Virus record (IMG/VR): IMGVR_UViG_3300050821_003452
Span: 1-64,000 of that record
Strand: one strand, 5' to 3'
Source: a virus
Length of the DNA: 64,000 nucleotides
Below are positions 36,377-45,257 of the stretch, one piece after another. The notes beneath the pieces are model-generated. The model searched no databases, had not been told where the DNA came from, and was given only the letters and a program-made list of their open reading frames with translations. Each line of letters opens with the position of its first letter. Within the stretch, counting starts at the first letter, position 1. The position numbers and the translations under genes were made by a program.

Positions 36377-36837
36377 TCTCACGCTTGCTGGATTATATGG
36401 AGAAAATAGCCAACCCAAAAAAGGAAACTCCAGTGGCAAATATAAACTCATATTATGGCATTGCCGGCACTGCGCCACCGACAGTGCCGGCTGGTGGCAG
36501 CGGTACCTATTGTTCAACCGGCAGTGCTGGCATCAGTGCTGGCATTGCTTACCATCAGCATGCCCAAGTTAACAAGGTTAATGGCATGGGCCTTCCAATG
36601 TTCCCAAGCGGACAGGTGGTGACTATTTCCTTTCGCGATGCTTATGGTGTTATGTTCTCGCTGGCGGTTGATAGCACTGTTGTTACGTTGATGAACCATA
36701 TTGATGGTATCCATGGCATGGCATCAGCGCAGTTTACGCCTGTGACTAAATTCAAGATGAATGATGCAGATTTCTCCATCGATGAACTGGAGAAAGCCGA
36801 AAAGGTTATGGAAGAGTTGGGATATGAGCGAGCCTAG
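36373..36837 (+). CDS. Hypothetical protein with C-terminal tag
   Basis: ADFSIDELEKAEKVMEELG end. Confidence 0.65.
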   Translation: MISRLLDYMEKIANPKKETPVANINSYYGIAGTAPPTVPAGGSGTYCSTGSAGISAGIAYHQHAQVNKVNGMGLPMFPSGQVVTISFRDAYGVMFSLAVDSTVVTLMNHIDGIHGMASAQFTPVTKFKMNDADFSIDELEKAEKVMEELGYERA

Positions 36838-37306
36838 TCATACCAGACCCAAAATTGTCAAAGATACTTCTCCACTCTCCAACAATAGGCAGACGATAGG
36901 TCTGCGCATCAAATGGCTTCGCGCCCAGCAGAAGCCATACATGACACAAACGCAACTGGCACAATTGGCCAAGATTTCTCAGTATAGTGTAGCGCATCTG
37001 GAGCTTGGTCGGGGAACAGATTTTAGAATTAGCACGCTGCGGAAGATAGCCAACGCCTTGGGTTGCGAAGTCTACATCAACATAAAGTCGAGACCATCGA
37101 GGGCTGAAGGGGAGTGTATGGTTCCAAGTCTTGAGTTGCCGCGCCCTGTAAGACCGAAGACCAAAAGCACGGCGAGAGGCCGGTGGCTGGCCGCAAAATT
37201 CCAACGTTCTTTTCTGAAAAAGGATCACCCGCTCGAACGGTTTCAAGAACGTGTAGACTTTTACGCAGCGAAGCGTTTGGCGCGCGAGGCCGAGAAGGAC
37301 GAGTAG
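36824..37306 (+). CDS. XRE-family HTH regulator
   Basis: IG.RIK.LR....MTQ.QLA....ISQ..VA.LE.G......STL.KIA.ALG. Confidence 0.85.
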   Translation: MSEPSHTRPKIVKDTSPLSNNRQTIGLRIKWLRAQQKPYMTQTQLAQLAKISQYSVAHLELGRGTDFRISTLRKIANALGCEVYINIKSRPSRAEGECMVPSLELPRPVRPKTKSTARGRWLAAKFQRSFLKKDHPLERFQERVDFYAAKRLAREAEKDE

Positions 37307-38114
37307 AGTACCAAACATCCTTGCAGGCCGCGATCATCTGGCCAAATTCGACCGGCTCCATGCTGAAAGCAGCATCTGACCCGCCAATGGCGCGATCAAT
37401 AATGAAGTGCTTCTCGATTATAGAGGCCCCAAAGGATACCGCGCCGCAAGCAGTACCAATGCCAAGAGTATGATCACTAAAGCCAACCTCATGACGGCCT
37501 CCAAGTAAACTTTTCAGGGGTCCTAATGCCGGCAAATTGGTGCCTGCTGGGTCAGCAGGGTAGTCCGATACGCAATGCAGTAGTGCCAGATTGGACACTG
37601 ACGAGAGACTGCCGGCATTATAGGCATTGATGGCGTCGATGATTTCTCGGGAAGTGGCCATGCCTGTAGATATAATTACAGGAAGGCCTGTGCTTGCTGC
37701 GTAGCGTATAAGGGGCGTGTCTATTAACTCGAAACTACTAATCTTTAAAGCTATACTATCCAGACTTGAGACTAAATCGACACCAGAGAAGTCAAATACA
37801 GATGAAAATAGCGGTATATTCTTGGTCTTGGCGTATTTGAATAGCTCCCGAACCATGTCGGGAGGCGTTTCTGCTTCTTTATACAGATCAAATAGCCTTT
37901 TTCCCTTCCACAGACCGCTCTCCAATACATAACCATCGTTTGCACAGAGCTTTTCTGCTGTATAACACTGGATTTTGATGGCATCAGCGCCTACGTCCAT
38001 GGCTGCGTCCATGGTTTCGCATGCCGTCTTGACGCTACCGCCATGGTTGCTCGAAATTTCTGCCACTACATAGGGCAAATAGTCAGGACCGATCTCTCGA
38101 CTGCCTATTTTCAT
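37077..38114 (-). CDS. pseI: Pseudaminic acid/N-acylneuraminate synthase (NeuB/PseI family)
   Basis: VAEISSNHGG, GADAIKIQ, KISSFE, IISTGMA, LLHCVS.YPA, GFSDHTLG, IIEKHF; C-terminal SAF domain. Confidence 0.9.
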   Translation of the reverse strand: MKIGSREIGPDYLPYVVAEISSNHGGSVKTACETMDAAMDVGADAIKIQCYTAEKLCANDGYVLESGLWKGKRLFDLYKEAETPPDMVRELFKYAKTKNIPLFSSVFDFSGVDLVSSLDSIALKISSFELIDTPLIRYAASTGLPVIISTGMATSREIIDAINAYNAGSLSSVSNLALLHCVSDYPADPAGTNLPALGPLKSLLGGRHEVGFSDHTLGIGTACGAVSFGASIIEKHFIIDRAIGGSDAAFSMEPVEFGQMIAACKDVWYSTRPSRPRAPNASLRKSLHVLETVRAGDPFSEKNVGILRPATGLSPCFWSSVLQGAATQDLEPYTPLQPSMVSTLC

Positions 38115-38284
38115 TTTTCTAACTCACCCAGAAGCTTTGAAATCTTCTTATCGGCCTTACGGATGTTCCTGAGAACCATTTTAGTTCTAGTTGGAGCGCA
38201 ATTAATGGCGATTTCCAATATTTTCATCCATAGGTCATTGTTTCTAGCCCTAATTTCCTTGATCTTATATAGTTTTTTTCTCAT
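38111..38284 (-). CDS. 57-aa helical protein within sugar cluster (below ORF-track cutoff)
   Basis: MRKKLYKIKEIRARNNDLWMKILEIAINCAP...; ATGA-coupled on both sides. Confidence 0.65.
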   Translation of the reverse strand: MRKKLYKIKEIRARNNDLWMKILEIAINCAPTRTKMVLRNIRKADKKISKLLGELEK

Positions 38285-39360
38285 AGGGCATCTCTCAACT
38301 TGCTGACCATGGTGTTGATCTCTTCATCGGTTGGATCGAAAGCACATACCTCGAATAATACCATGCGATCTTCTACGTCTTCGACCGCAGGAAGCCAGAT
38401 TTGGCGCGACTTGAAGGCTTTCAATTCATAGAGCGGTCTCAAATAGCCGGCCCTGAATGGCTCAGGTATTGGTTTTCTTGGTTTGGTTCTTAATTGCGCT
38501 CCCCAGACGTAGTAACTATGGGTACATCCTTGTCTGATGGAAGGTGGTATAAGAACATCATTGGGCGGAATTAAGTCGGTGATCTTCTGAGCCAGAGCCA
38601 TCCTGCCGGCGATAATCTCTGGCGCTTTCTTAAGCTGCTCAATGGCCATAGCGGCAGTTATCTCCGTCATGCGCAGATTAAGGCCGGTTATGCCCCCGCG
38701 CATTTCGCCATGGTTCATGGCCTCTCTGAGCTTGGTATCAAGTGTATTACTTGCTGTGACGACTATTCCTCCCTCGCCAACCTGAAGATGCTTGTGGACG
38801 TTAAGGGAGAATACCCCCATATGGCCAATCGTGCCCGCATAGCGACCCTGCTCTTGAGCAAAAATCGACTGAGCATTGTCCTCAATGAGATAAACTCCAT
38901 GGTCATCACATATGGACCGCAATTCGTGAAGATGTGCGGCGTGGCCGAAAAGATTTGTGACGATCACTGCCTTGGTCTTTCGAGTAATCGAATTAGCCAC
39001 GTCCACGGGATCAAGCGTGTAGGTCTCTCTCTCGATATCGGCCCAGACCAGCGTGGCGCCAAGTACCTTGGGTGCTGCCGCTGTAGCAGACATAGTATAT
39101 GGCGAGACAATGACTTCATCGCCGGGACCAACCTCGATAGCCATACAGGCCGCAAGCAGCCCAGACGTGGCGCTATTAACGGCAACGGCATGTTTGATAT
39201 CGAAGGCTTTCTCCCAGCCTAACTCAAGTTCAGTTATGGCCCTTCCACCAGTTGGGTGTGAGCCGATATATCCAGAGAGCGGATAACCCTCAATAATATG
39301 ATCAGCCGCGCCACGCTCTGCATTCCCGATTGTATTGAAGCTCTTCATTATAGTTCTCAT
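38281..39360 (-). CDS. DegT/DnrJ/EryC1/StrS aminotransferase (PseC-like)
   Basis: VNSATSGL, IEDNAQS, FSLNVHKHLQVGEGG, GLNLRMTE. Confidence 0.9.
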   Translation of the reverse strand: MRTIMKSFNTIGNAERGAADHIIEGYPLSGYIGSHPTGGRAITELELGWEKAFDIKHAVAVNSATSGLLAACMAIEVGPGDEVIVSPYTMSATAAAPKVLGATLVWADIERETYTLDPVDVANSITRKTKAVIVTNLFGHAAHLHELRSICDDHGVYLIEDNAQSIFAQEQGRYAGTIGHMGVFSLNVHKHLQVGEGGIVVTASNTLDTKLREAMNHGEMRGGITGLNLRMTEITAAMAIEQLKKAPEIIAGRMALAQKITDLIPPNDVLIPPSIRQGCTHSYYVWGAQLRTKPRKPIPEPFRAGYLRPLYELKAFKSRQIWLPAVEDVEDRMVLFEVCAFDPTDEEINTMVSKLRDAL

Positions 39361-39493
39361 GTTTCAGGAAATTGGCTCTAGCATCCTGCATTGTTTTGCC
39401 ACTACCAAGACAGATGCCATAACGAAATCCGCAATACCAAATCTTGGTTTCTTCATCTTGGATGAAAACATATTTCGGCAGGAATTTAATCAT
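39302..39493 (-). CDS. Small hypothetical protein
   Basis: Coupled to the pseB stop; SGKT..DA..N pattern. Confidence 0.45.
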   Translation of the reverse strand: MIKFLPKYVFIQDEETKIWYCGFRYGICLGSGKTMQDARANFLKHENYNEELQYNRECRAWRG

Positions 39494-40413
39494 AGCGTAT
39501 CCCTTATCTCTTCCACTGAAAGAAAGCGCTCATTAGTATCGGATGAATATCTCATGCCGGGCTTGGTGTTATTCGTTGTATCCGGATTAAGGATATACCT
39601 ATCCCAGCTTTCGAGGGCCATATGGCTTTCATCGTCTGTGATCAGCGTCTCATGCAGCTTTTCTCCGGCCCGAATGCCGATCATGGAGTGATTACCGCCC
39701 GGGTCAATCGCCTCTACCAAGTCCATGATATGGACAGAGGGTATCTTGGGAACGAAAATCTCGCGGCCCTTCATCATGCTCTCTGAAGAAAGAACAAAGT
39801 CCACCGCCTCGTCCAGCGTCATCCAGAACCGTGTCATGCGCTGGTCGGTTATCGTGAGAGGTAGACCCCGAGCATGTAGGGATTTGAATAGGGGGACCAC
39901 ACTACCGCGACTGCCCACCACATTGCCGTACCGCACAACGCTGAACTGACACCGCCCAGCAGCCAGATTATTAGCGGCCACCATGATCTTTTCGGCTGCA
40001 AGCTTTGTCGCCCCATAGAGGTTAAGCGGGCTGACAGCCTTGTCGGTGGAAAGTGCGACAACTCGGCTAACACCAGTCGCCATCGCTGCCCTGCATACAT
40101 TTTCTGCCCCATGAATGTTGGTCATCACCGCTTCGAATGGATTATATTCGCAAGTCGGCACGATCTTCAGAGCCGCCGCGTGGACTACAAGATCGGCTCC
40201 ATACATGGCCATCTCAAGGCGCTTACGATCTCTTACGTCTCCTATGAAAAATCTCATGGCTGGATGATCAAAGTGATGCGCCATGGCCTCCTGAAGCTGC
40301 TCTCCGCGAGAATATATGATTATCTTGGCCGGTTCCATAGGAAGAACCTTGCGCACGAAGGCATTGCCGAAGGAGCCGCTGCCTCCGGTGATCAGGATAG
40401 TTTTACCTTTCAT
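39490..40413 (-). CDS. pseB: UDP-N-acetylglucosamine 4,6-dehydratase (inverting)
   Basis: ITGGSGSFG, FFIGDVRD, HAAALKIVP..EYNP, ALSTDKA, YGATK, VRYGNVVGSRGSV, MTRFW, GIRAGEKLHE. Confidence 0.92.
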   Translation of the reverse strand: MKGKTILITGGSGSFGNAFVRKVLPMEPAKIIIYSRGEQLQEAMAHHFDHPAMRFFIGDVRDRKRLEMAMYGADLVVHAAALKIVPTCEYNPFEAVMTNIHGAENVCRAAMATGVSRVVALSTDKAVSPLNLYGATKLAAEKIMVAANNLAAGRCQFSVVRYGNVVGSRGSVVPLFKSLHARGLPLTITDQRMTRFWMTLDEAVDFVLSSESMMKGREIFVPKIPSVHIMDLVEAIDPGGNHSMIGIRAGEKLHETLITDDESHMALESWDRYILNPDTTNNTKPGMRYSSDTNERFLSVEEIRDTL

Positions 40414-42380
40414 CGCACAGTTTTTCCCTTGATGACTTCACCTTCCAGTTTCACGCCGGCTGAAATGGCCTTGAGGGTGCTATCCCAAGCATAGATAACA
40501 CGATCCAATTCTGGCTTATTGTGGGCGTAGCAGGTATTATGAGACCCTATGATCAGCACGCCATTCTTGGCCATCTCCTGAATGAAGATGCTCTGAAGGT
40601 GTTTATCCCTGAACTTAATTCGGTTTAGTTCTGGACGTGAATATAACTCAATACCTTCGACACTATATTGCTTGATAAGCGTATTGATTTGTCCTCTGAG
40701 AACCTCTCCGACTGTAAATAATTTATCATGGACTTGGAGCGCGGTCAGCTTATCAATGGTGGCAATCGCTGCCGCAATCGAGAGCGTTTCCCCGAAGAAG
40801 GTCCCTGAATAAGAAATCTCAGGCATGCGCTTCATGTACTTCTCAAGACCTACAAGAGCGCTGATAGGCATGCCATTGGCCATGGCCTTGCCGAAGGTGG
40901 ACAGATCGGGCGTGACACCATATTCGCGCTGGAGCCCGCCCATTCCGCAGCGGAAGCCAGTTATGATTTCATCGAAGATCAGAATGATGCCGGCATGATC
41001 ACACTGCCGTCTTAGAAGCTCTAGCTCTTGTCGCGATTTGAACTCTGGCTCCAGTATAATAGCTGCCGGCTTTACGCTTTCGCTATCAAACATAAAGGCA
41101 TCAGGAATTGGCCTTGATAAGTTTTGCACATAACCCGGGATACCGTTAGTGTGCTCACTTACCGACATACTCCAATCGTGCCAACCATGATATCCCCCGA
41201 CATAGACCCTATCCCGCCCTGTAATATGTCTGGCAAGCCTTATGCCGGCAGTAGTCACGTCACTGCCGTTCTTGCCGAACCGAACCATTTCCGCAGATGG
41301 AATGTGGTAGTTTAGTTTCTCGGCAAGTTCCTCTTCCAGAGGCGTTGCCAATGAAAAAGAAATTCCTCGCGATAGTTGGTCCCGTATGGCTTGGTCAACG
41401 TCAGGGTCCCGATAACCAAGAACATTAGGCAGCAGGCCACCAACAAGGTCCACGTAGTCATGACCATCCACGTCGAACACATATCCACCATCTCCATGGG
41501 TTACGAAAAGGGGCGCCACCCCTTCAGGGAACATTAGCTTGGATTTACTGAAAGTCTGCGCTCCCAGAGGAATAAGATGTTCTGCCTGTTTTAGGCACTG
41601 GGCAGATACCTTGTATGAGCGCGTGGTTGTTTCCCGCTTCAGGTCTTCGTAAAATCTCTCATTGCGCGAGAGATGCGAGTTAAGGTCTCTCAGCGCAGGA
41701 TTAGCGGAGAGAACACCCAGAATATCCAGATAGCTGGGAGAATAATAAGAAACAGGTAGCAGATCGGAGACAGCTTGAATAAAAGCATAGTCTTCCGGAC
41801 TATCGAGTACCCACCTTTCCCTAACCAGATCAGGAAGCGGACACACCAGATTAACGGCGCTAAAACGATAACGGTTGCGCACCATAAAACGAGTGACAGT
41901 ATCACGATCAGTTCTGCGAATGGCCTCTTTATTGGATGCTTCAAGAATAGCCCTAGTAAAGACTTCCACGTCAAGGCCATCTGGGTAGCTGGGTGGGTCT
42001 GTGTTTGTGGCGTAGTCTGCATTCTTCATTTCCCTTAACTTGATGACTTCACCAATGACGCGCGGGTCCAGAAACGGACAGTCGCCAGTTAGCCTTACGA
42101 TAATGTCGGCATTATGTTGGTGCGCAGCCCCCAAGAACCGCGAGAGTACATCCGTCTCGGAGCCCCTGAAGACCGCAACACCTTTGGCAAGAGCCCACTC
42201 AACAATAGGATCGTCTTGCGGCAACGTCGAAGTCGCCACAACAACCTGATCCACGCCGGGGGATTGCTTGGCGGCTTCTACCACCCAATCTAGAACTGGT
42301 CTACCGCTTAAGTCTTTAAGAACCTTGCCGGGTAGTCTGGTACTGCCCATACGGGCTTGGCATATCGCGACTGTTTTCAT
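40410..42380 (-). CDS. SpsF-like cytidylyltransferase fused to class-III (GSA-like) aminotransferase
   Basis: QARMGSTRLPGKVL, RGSETDVL.R, R.TGDCP, YPDGLDVE; then GAQTFSKS, RFGKNGSD, IFDEIITGFR, FGKAMANG. Confidence 0.9.
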   Translation of the reverse strand: MKTVAICQARMGSTRLPGKVLKDLSGRPVLDWVVEAAKQSPGVDQVVVATSTLPQDDPIVEWALAKGVAVFRGSETDVLSRFLGAAHQHNADIIVRLTGDCPFLDPRVIGEVIKLREMKNADYATNTDPPSYPDGLDVEVFTRAILEASNKEAIRRTDRDTVTRFMVRNRYRFSAVNLVCPLPDLVRERWVLDSPEDYAFIQAVSDLLPVSYYSPSYLDILGVLSANPALRDLNSHLSRNERFYEDLKRETTTRSYKVSAQCLKQAEHLIPLGAQTFSKSKLMFPEGVAPLFVTHGDGGYVFDVDGHDYVDLVGGLLPNVLGYRDPDVDQAIRDQLSRGISFSLATPLEEELAEKLNYHIPSAEMVRFGKNGSDVTTAGIRLARHITGRDRVYVGGYHGWHDWSMSVSEHTNGIPGYVQNLSRPIPDAFMFDSESVKPAAIILEPEFKSRQELELLRRQCDHAGIILIFDEIITGFRCGMGGLQREYGVTPDLSTFGKAMANGMPISALVGLEKYMKRMPEISYSGTFFGETLSIAAAIATIDKLTALQVHDKLFTVGEVLRGQINTLIKQYSVEGIELYSRPELNRIKFRDKHLQSIFIQEMAKNGVLIIGSHNTCYAHNKPELDRVIYAWDSTLKAISAGVKLEGEVIKGKTVR

Positions 42381-43270
42381 ATTCCGGCCTTTGCTCTGAT
42401 TGCCATGACTGTGTAGAGCGCCCTTACGCCGTCTTCGCCGGTAGCCAGAGGCTCAAGGTGTCTTCCCTGTTGTATGCTATCCAGAAAGCACTTCATTTCG
42501 TCTATGTAATTATCATCCCATGTATCGCTGGCCTGAAACGCCATATGCGGCGGACCGCCACCCATTCGCATGTAGATTTCACGCAGAACAAGATTGACGT
42601 AGATCGACCCTTTTTCGCCCTCTATCCAGAAATATCGCTGCTCTGGGTCTGAGTAATAATCGGCTTGCAGATAGACGTTTCCTTTGACTTTGGGGAACTT
42701 CATCTCTACAAAGGCATCAGTAGTGTCGTTACCGTTACTGTCCACAGGGACAGACGCGGAAACTACATCTCCTTCTCCCAACAAATAGTGAGCTAGATCA
42801 ATCTCATGGCTGAGCCAGTTGCGAACGATGCCGTCCATCAAATATGGCGGCTTGGTTGTTTTTTGGTAAACCGTGAAGCTCGCGGCGAGAATGTTGCCGA
42901 TGGATGGAAGCAATTCCTTAGTCTTCTGGACGCAATGGTGGAACCGAAGATTAAAGCCAGTGGCGATGATCAGGCTGCGGTCCTTGTACCGAATGCCTTG
43001 CAAAAAACCATCGATTAACGGTGGGCAATCATAGCCGATTGGTTTCTCAACCAGCACATGCTTACCGGCATGAAGAACATCCATAAGATCATGAGCATGG
43101 ATTTTGCTGGGAGTGGCGATTACAATGGCATCTGCGTTTGTGAAAACATAGTCACGATACGAGGGCCGAGAAACTGATGGATCATATGCAACAAATTCAT
43201 GACCGAGAAACTCAATATTTAGAGCATGCCGCGTGCCAATAGAGCCATATCCTAGAATTCCAATTTTCAT
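42377..43270 (-). CDS. Gfo/Idh/MocA oxidoreductase
   Basis: GYGSIG.RH, IATP...H, VLVEKP, GFNLRFH, SHEID. Confidence 0.9.
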   Translation of the reverse strand: MKIGILGYGSIGTRHALNIEFLGHEFVAYDPSVSRPSYRDYVFTNADAIVIATPSKIHAHDLMDVLHAGKHVLVEKPIGYDCPPLIDGFLQGIRYKDRSLIIATGFNLRFHHCVQKTKELLPSIGNILAASFTVYQKTTKPPYLMDGIVRNWLSHEIDLAHYLLGEGDVVSASVPVDSNGNDTTDAFVEMKFPKVKGNVYLQADYYSDPEQRYFWIEGEKGSIYVNLVLREIYMRMGGGPPHMAFQASDTWDDNYIDEMKCFLDSIQQGRHLEPLATGEDGVRALYTVMAIRAKAGI

Positions 43271-43896
43271 TTCAGGTCCTCGACTGGCCATCCTGCGCTC
43301 AGGTCCTTCTTCAGTACCCAGATAGCGGTGTCTTTGTCGGGCTTGATCTTCTTCACCAACGAGTAGGCCGGATTGGCCAGCCAGAGCTTGGAGTAATCCA
43401 TCTTGTAAGAATAAGCGTCATCAAGGTGTTTATAGGGAACGCAATGAGGATGATCAGGATCAAAATCGTGGATGATCAAATACCCTCCATCCATCAATGC
43501 ATAGTCTCCGGTAGAAACTATTTGAGATAGATGATTTGGCTCACATAGATAGAGGCAAAACCCATAAATAATAATCCCGCATTCACCATACGGTTCTCGC
43601 GCGGTTCCAACTCTAAAGTGTAAGCTCGGAAACCTTATTGCGCCCGCCTCTATCGCGGCCCTTGATGGATCGCAGCCATAACATTCAGCGCCAGTTTTTA
43701 ATCTTATTTGCTCTAGTCTCCAGCCATTGGCGCAGCCGTATTCCAAGATATCTCCCCGAGACCACAGCTTAACTACAAGCTGCGCAATTTCGTCATCCGG
43801 CTTTTCCATTTTGTGGAAATTGCGATTGAACCATGCATCTGCCTCGCCTTTAAGAAAGGCTTCTTCCTGCTTGAGCATGAACGGAAACATTTTCAT
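43267..43896 (-). CDS. Class I SAM methyltransferase
   Basis: FL.GEADAWF.RN, ILEYGCANG, GCDPS..AI, GFCLYL, SYKMDY. Confidence 0.85.
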   Translation of the reverse strand: MKMFPFMLKQEEAFLKGEADAWFNRNFHKMEKPDDEIAQLVVKLWSRGDILEYGCANGWRLEQIRLKTGAECYGCDPSRAAIEAGAIRFPSLHFRVGTAREPYGECGIIIYGFCLYLCEPNHLSQIVSTGDYALMDGGYLIIHDFDPDHPHCVPYKHLDDAYSYKMDYSKLWLANPAYSLVKKIKPDKDTAIWVLKKDLSAGWPVEDLK

Positions 43897-44755
43897 TCTT
43901 GAGGATGATCATGAAGTTAGGCGAACACGCATAGAATTCACCAAATGTAGGCAATTGTGAGGCGATGGCATTGATCGGGTTATTATAATCCGGTTCTACG
44001 CCCTGATCTTGGCATATTTTAGCGTAGATCACCCGCGAAGCCATATAATACATATGGCCGATGTTCTCGACATACTCTTGGGTCAAAAGATGCCCTTGGA
44101 TTTGGGAGATGAACTTCTGGAATTCGGCCTGCGGGATATAAAAATTATGCCAGCGCTCCTTTATGGCCGGCAGTCCCAGCCTTCCTCTAACTGCGTTCAG
44201 GTTCTTCAGGCCCTCGTCTACGTTTTCTACTAAGATCATGCGGCCATCCTTGGAGAGTAGTTTTCGCATCTCCAAGATGCCGATCTTCTGTTCTTGCCAG
44301 TTAGCAAGATTGATCAGGCAGCGGGTAGATAAAACCACGTCAAAGGTGGCGCCCTGCAAGTGCCCATTTCTTGACAAAGAAAGTACATCGCCATCATAAT
44401 AATCAATATTAGGCGCCAGATTATGCCTGATGGCTTCATTGATCATCCCCTGTGAGAAATCCACCCCAATAATCTCTGCATCAGGAAAGGCCTTGGCGAG
44501 AGCCAGCGTGGTGTAGCCATTGCCGCAGCCAACATCCAGAATGGTGTCGTGCTTCAGGCTGCCGACCACATGCAGGATGCGTTCGACTTCAAGCTGGCGA
44601 TAATGATGATCAGGATTGGTAGCAAGATCAGAAGCGCCATGTTGTTTGGCCTGATCTTCCCAGAAGTCATGAACCGTTGCTGGTTGTTTCGGTTTGGGTG
44701 GCCTGCCCCGTTTTTTGGTTGATGGAGATAACTTTGGCTGTTCGGAACTTGCCAT
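43850..44755 (-). CDS. Class I SAM methyltransferase
   Basis: ILDVGCGNG, GVDFS.GMI, RCLINL..W..Q. Confidence 0.88.
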   Translation of the reverse strand: MASSEQPKLSPSTKKRGRPPKPKQPATVHDFWEDQAKQHGASDLATNPDHHYRQLEVERILHVVGSLKHDTILDVGCGNGYTTLALAKAFPDAEIIGVDFSQGMINEAIRHNLAPNIDYYDGDVLSLSRNGHLQGATFDVVLSTRCLINLANWQEQKIGILEMRKLLSKDGRMILVENVDEGLKNLNAVRGRLGLPAIKERWHNFYIPQAEFQKFISQIQGHLLTQEYVENIGHMYYMASRVIYAKICQDQGVEPDYNNPINAIASQLPTFGEFYACSPNFMIILKNENVSVHAQAGRSLS

Positions 44756-45257
44756 AGAGATGCATGTCCTGTGGTTGACCGCGAACAAGAAAATGCCCGT
44801 GGATGATGGCTTCGTGTGTGAATTGGAGCTTGTCTAGTATCCTGATCATGGCCTTGTTGTTTGCCATACAGCCAGCCTCAATCTTGCGAGTGCCGCTATC
44901 AAACAGATAATGAGAGATAGCTTCCCATGCCTCGCAACCAAGGCCTCGGCTCCAGTATTGCTTGACGCCGATCAGGATACCCATATTTGCGGTCTTGTTG
45001 TCAGCATCCCGAAAAGCAGATGCAGTACCAATATGGGTTCCGTCGAAATGGATATCCCAGAAATAGTTGTCACCGCTCTGAAAGGAACAGAGATATTCAT
45101 ACTGGGAAGCTTCAGTGTGTTTTCGGTGGCGCTGTTCAGAATACTGCATGACAACCGGGTCGTGTAGCCAGCGCAGGTAATTTGAAACATCCATCTTCTC
45201 GTACATGAACGGCGGCATCAGGGTGAGCCTAGCCGCCCTGAGCGTCGGTGTGGTCAT
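44667..45257 (-). CDS. GNAT N-acyltransferase (RimJ/RimL-like, PseH-like role)
   Basis: YLRWLHDP.V, HIG, MGILIG...W.RGLG, N.AM. Confidence 0.85.
   Translation of the reverse strand: MTTPTLRAARLTLMPPFMYEKMDVSNYLRWLHDPVVMQYSEQRHRKHTEASQYEYLCSFQSGDNYFWDIHFDGTHIGTASAFRDADNKTANMGILIGVKQYWSRGLGCEAWEAISHYLFDSGTRKIEAGCMANNKAMIRILDKLQFTHEAIIHGHFLVRGQPQDMHLYGKFRTAKVISINQKTGQATQTETTSNGS

Noticed and set aside
15243-36837. C-terminal tag as a by-product of Shine-Dalgarno sequences for overlapping downstream genes
   Set aside because: May contribute to the final QE/E residues, but cannot explain EEY or PDFxL 30-50 nt upstream, nor tags in genes with no closely coupled same-strand downstream start (18905, 21370, 15243)
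37077-37306. 230-nt antisense overlap of the XRE gene and pseI as functional dual coding
   Set aside because: The overlap is pseI's SAF domain; the XRE extension beyond the HTH looks like read-through
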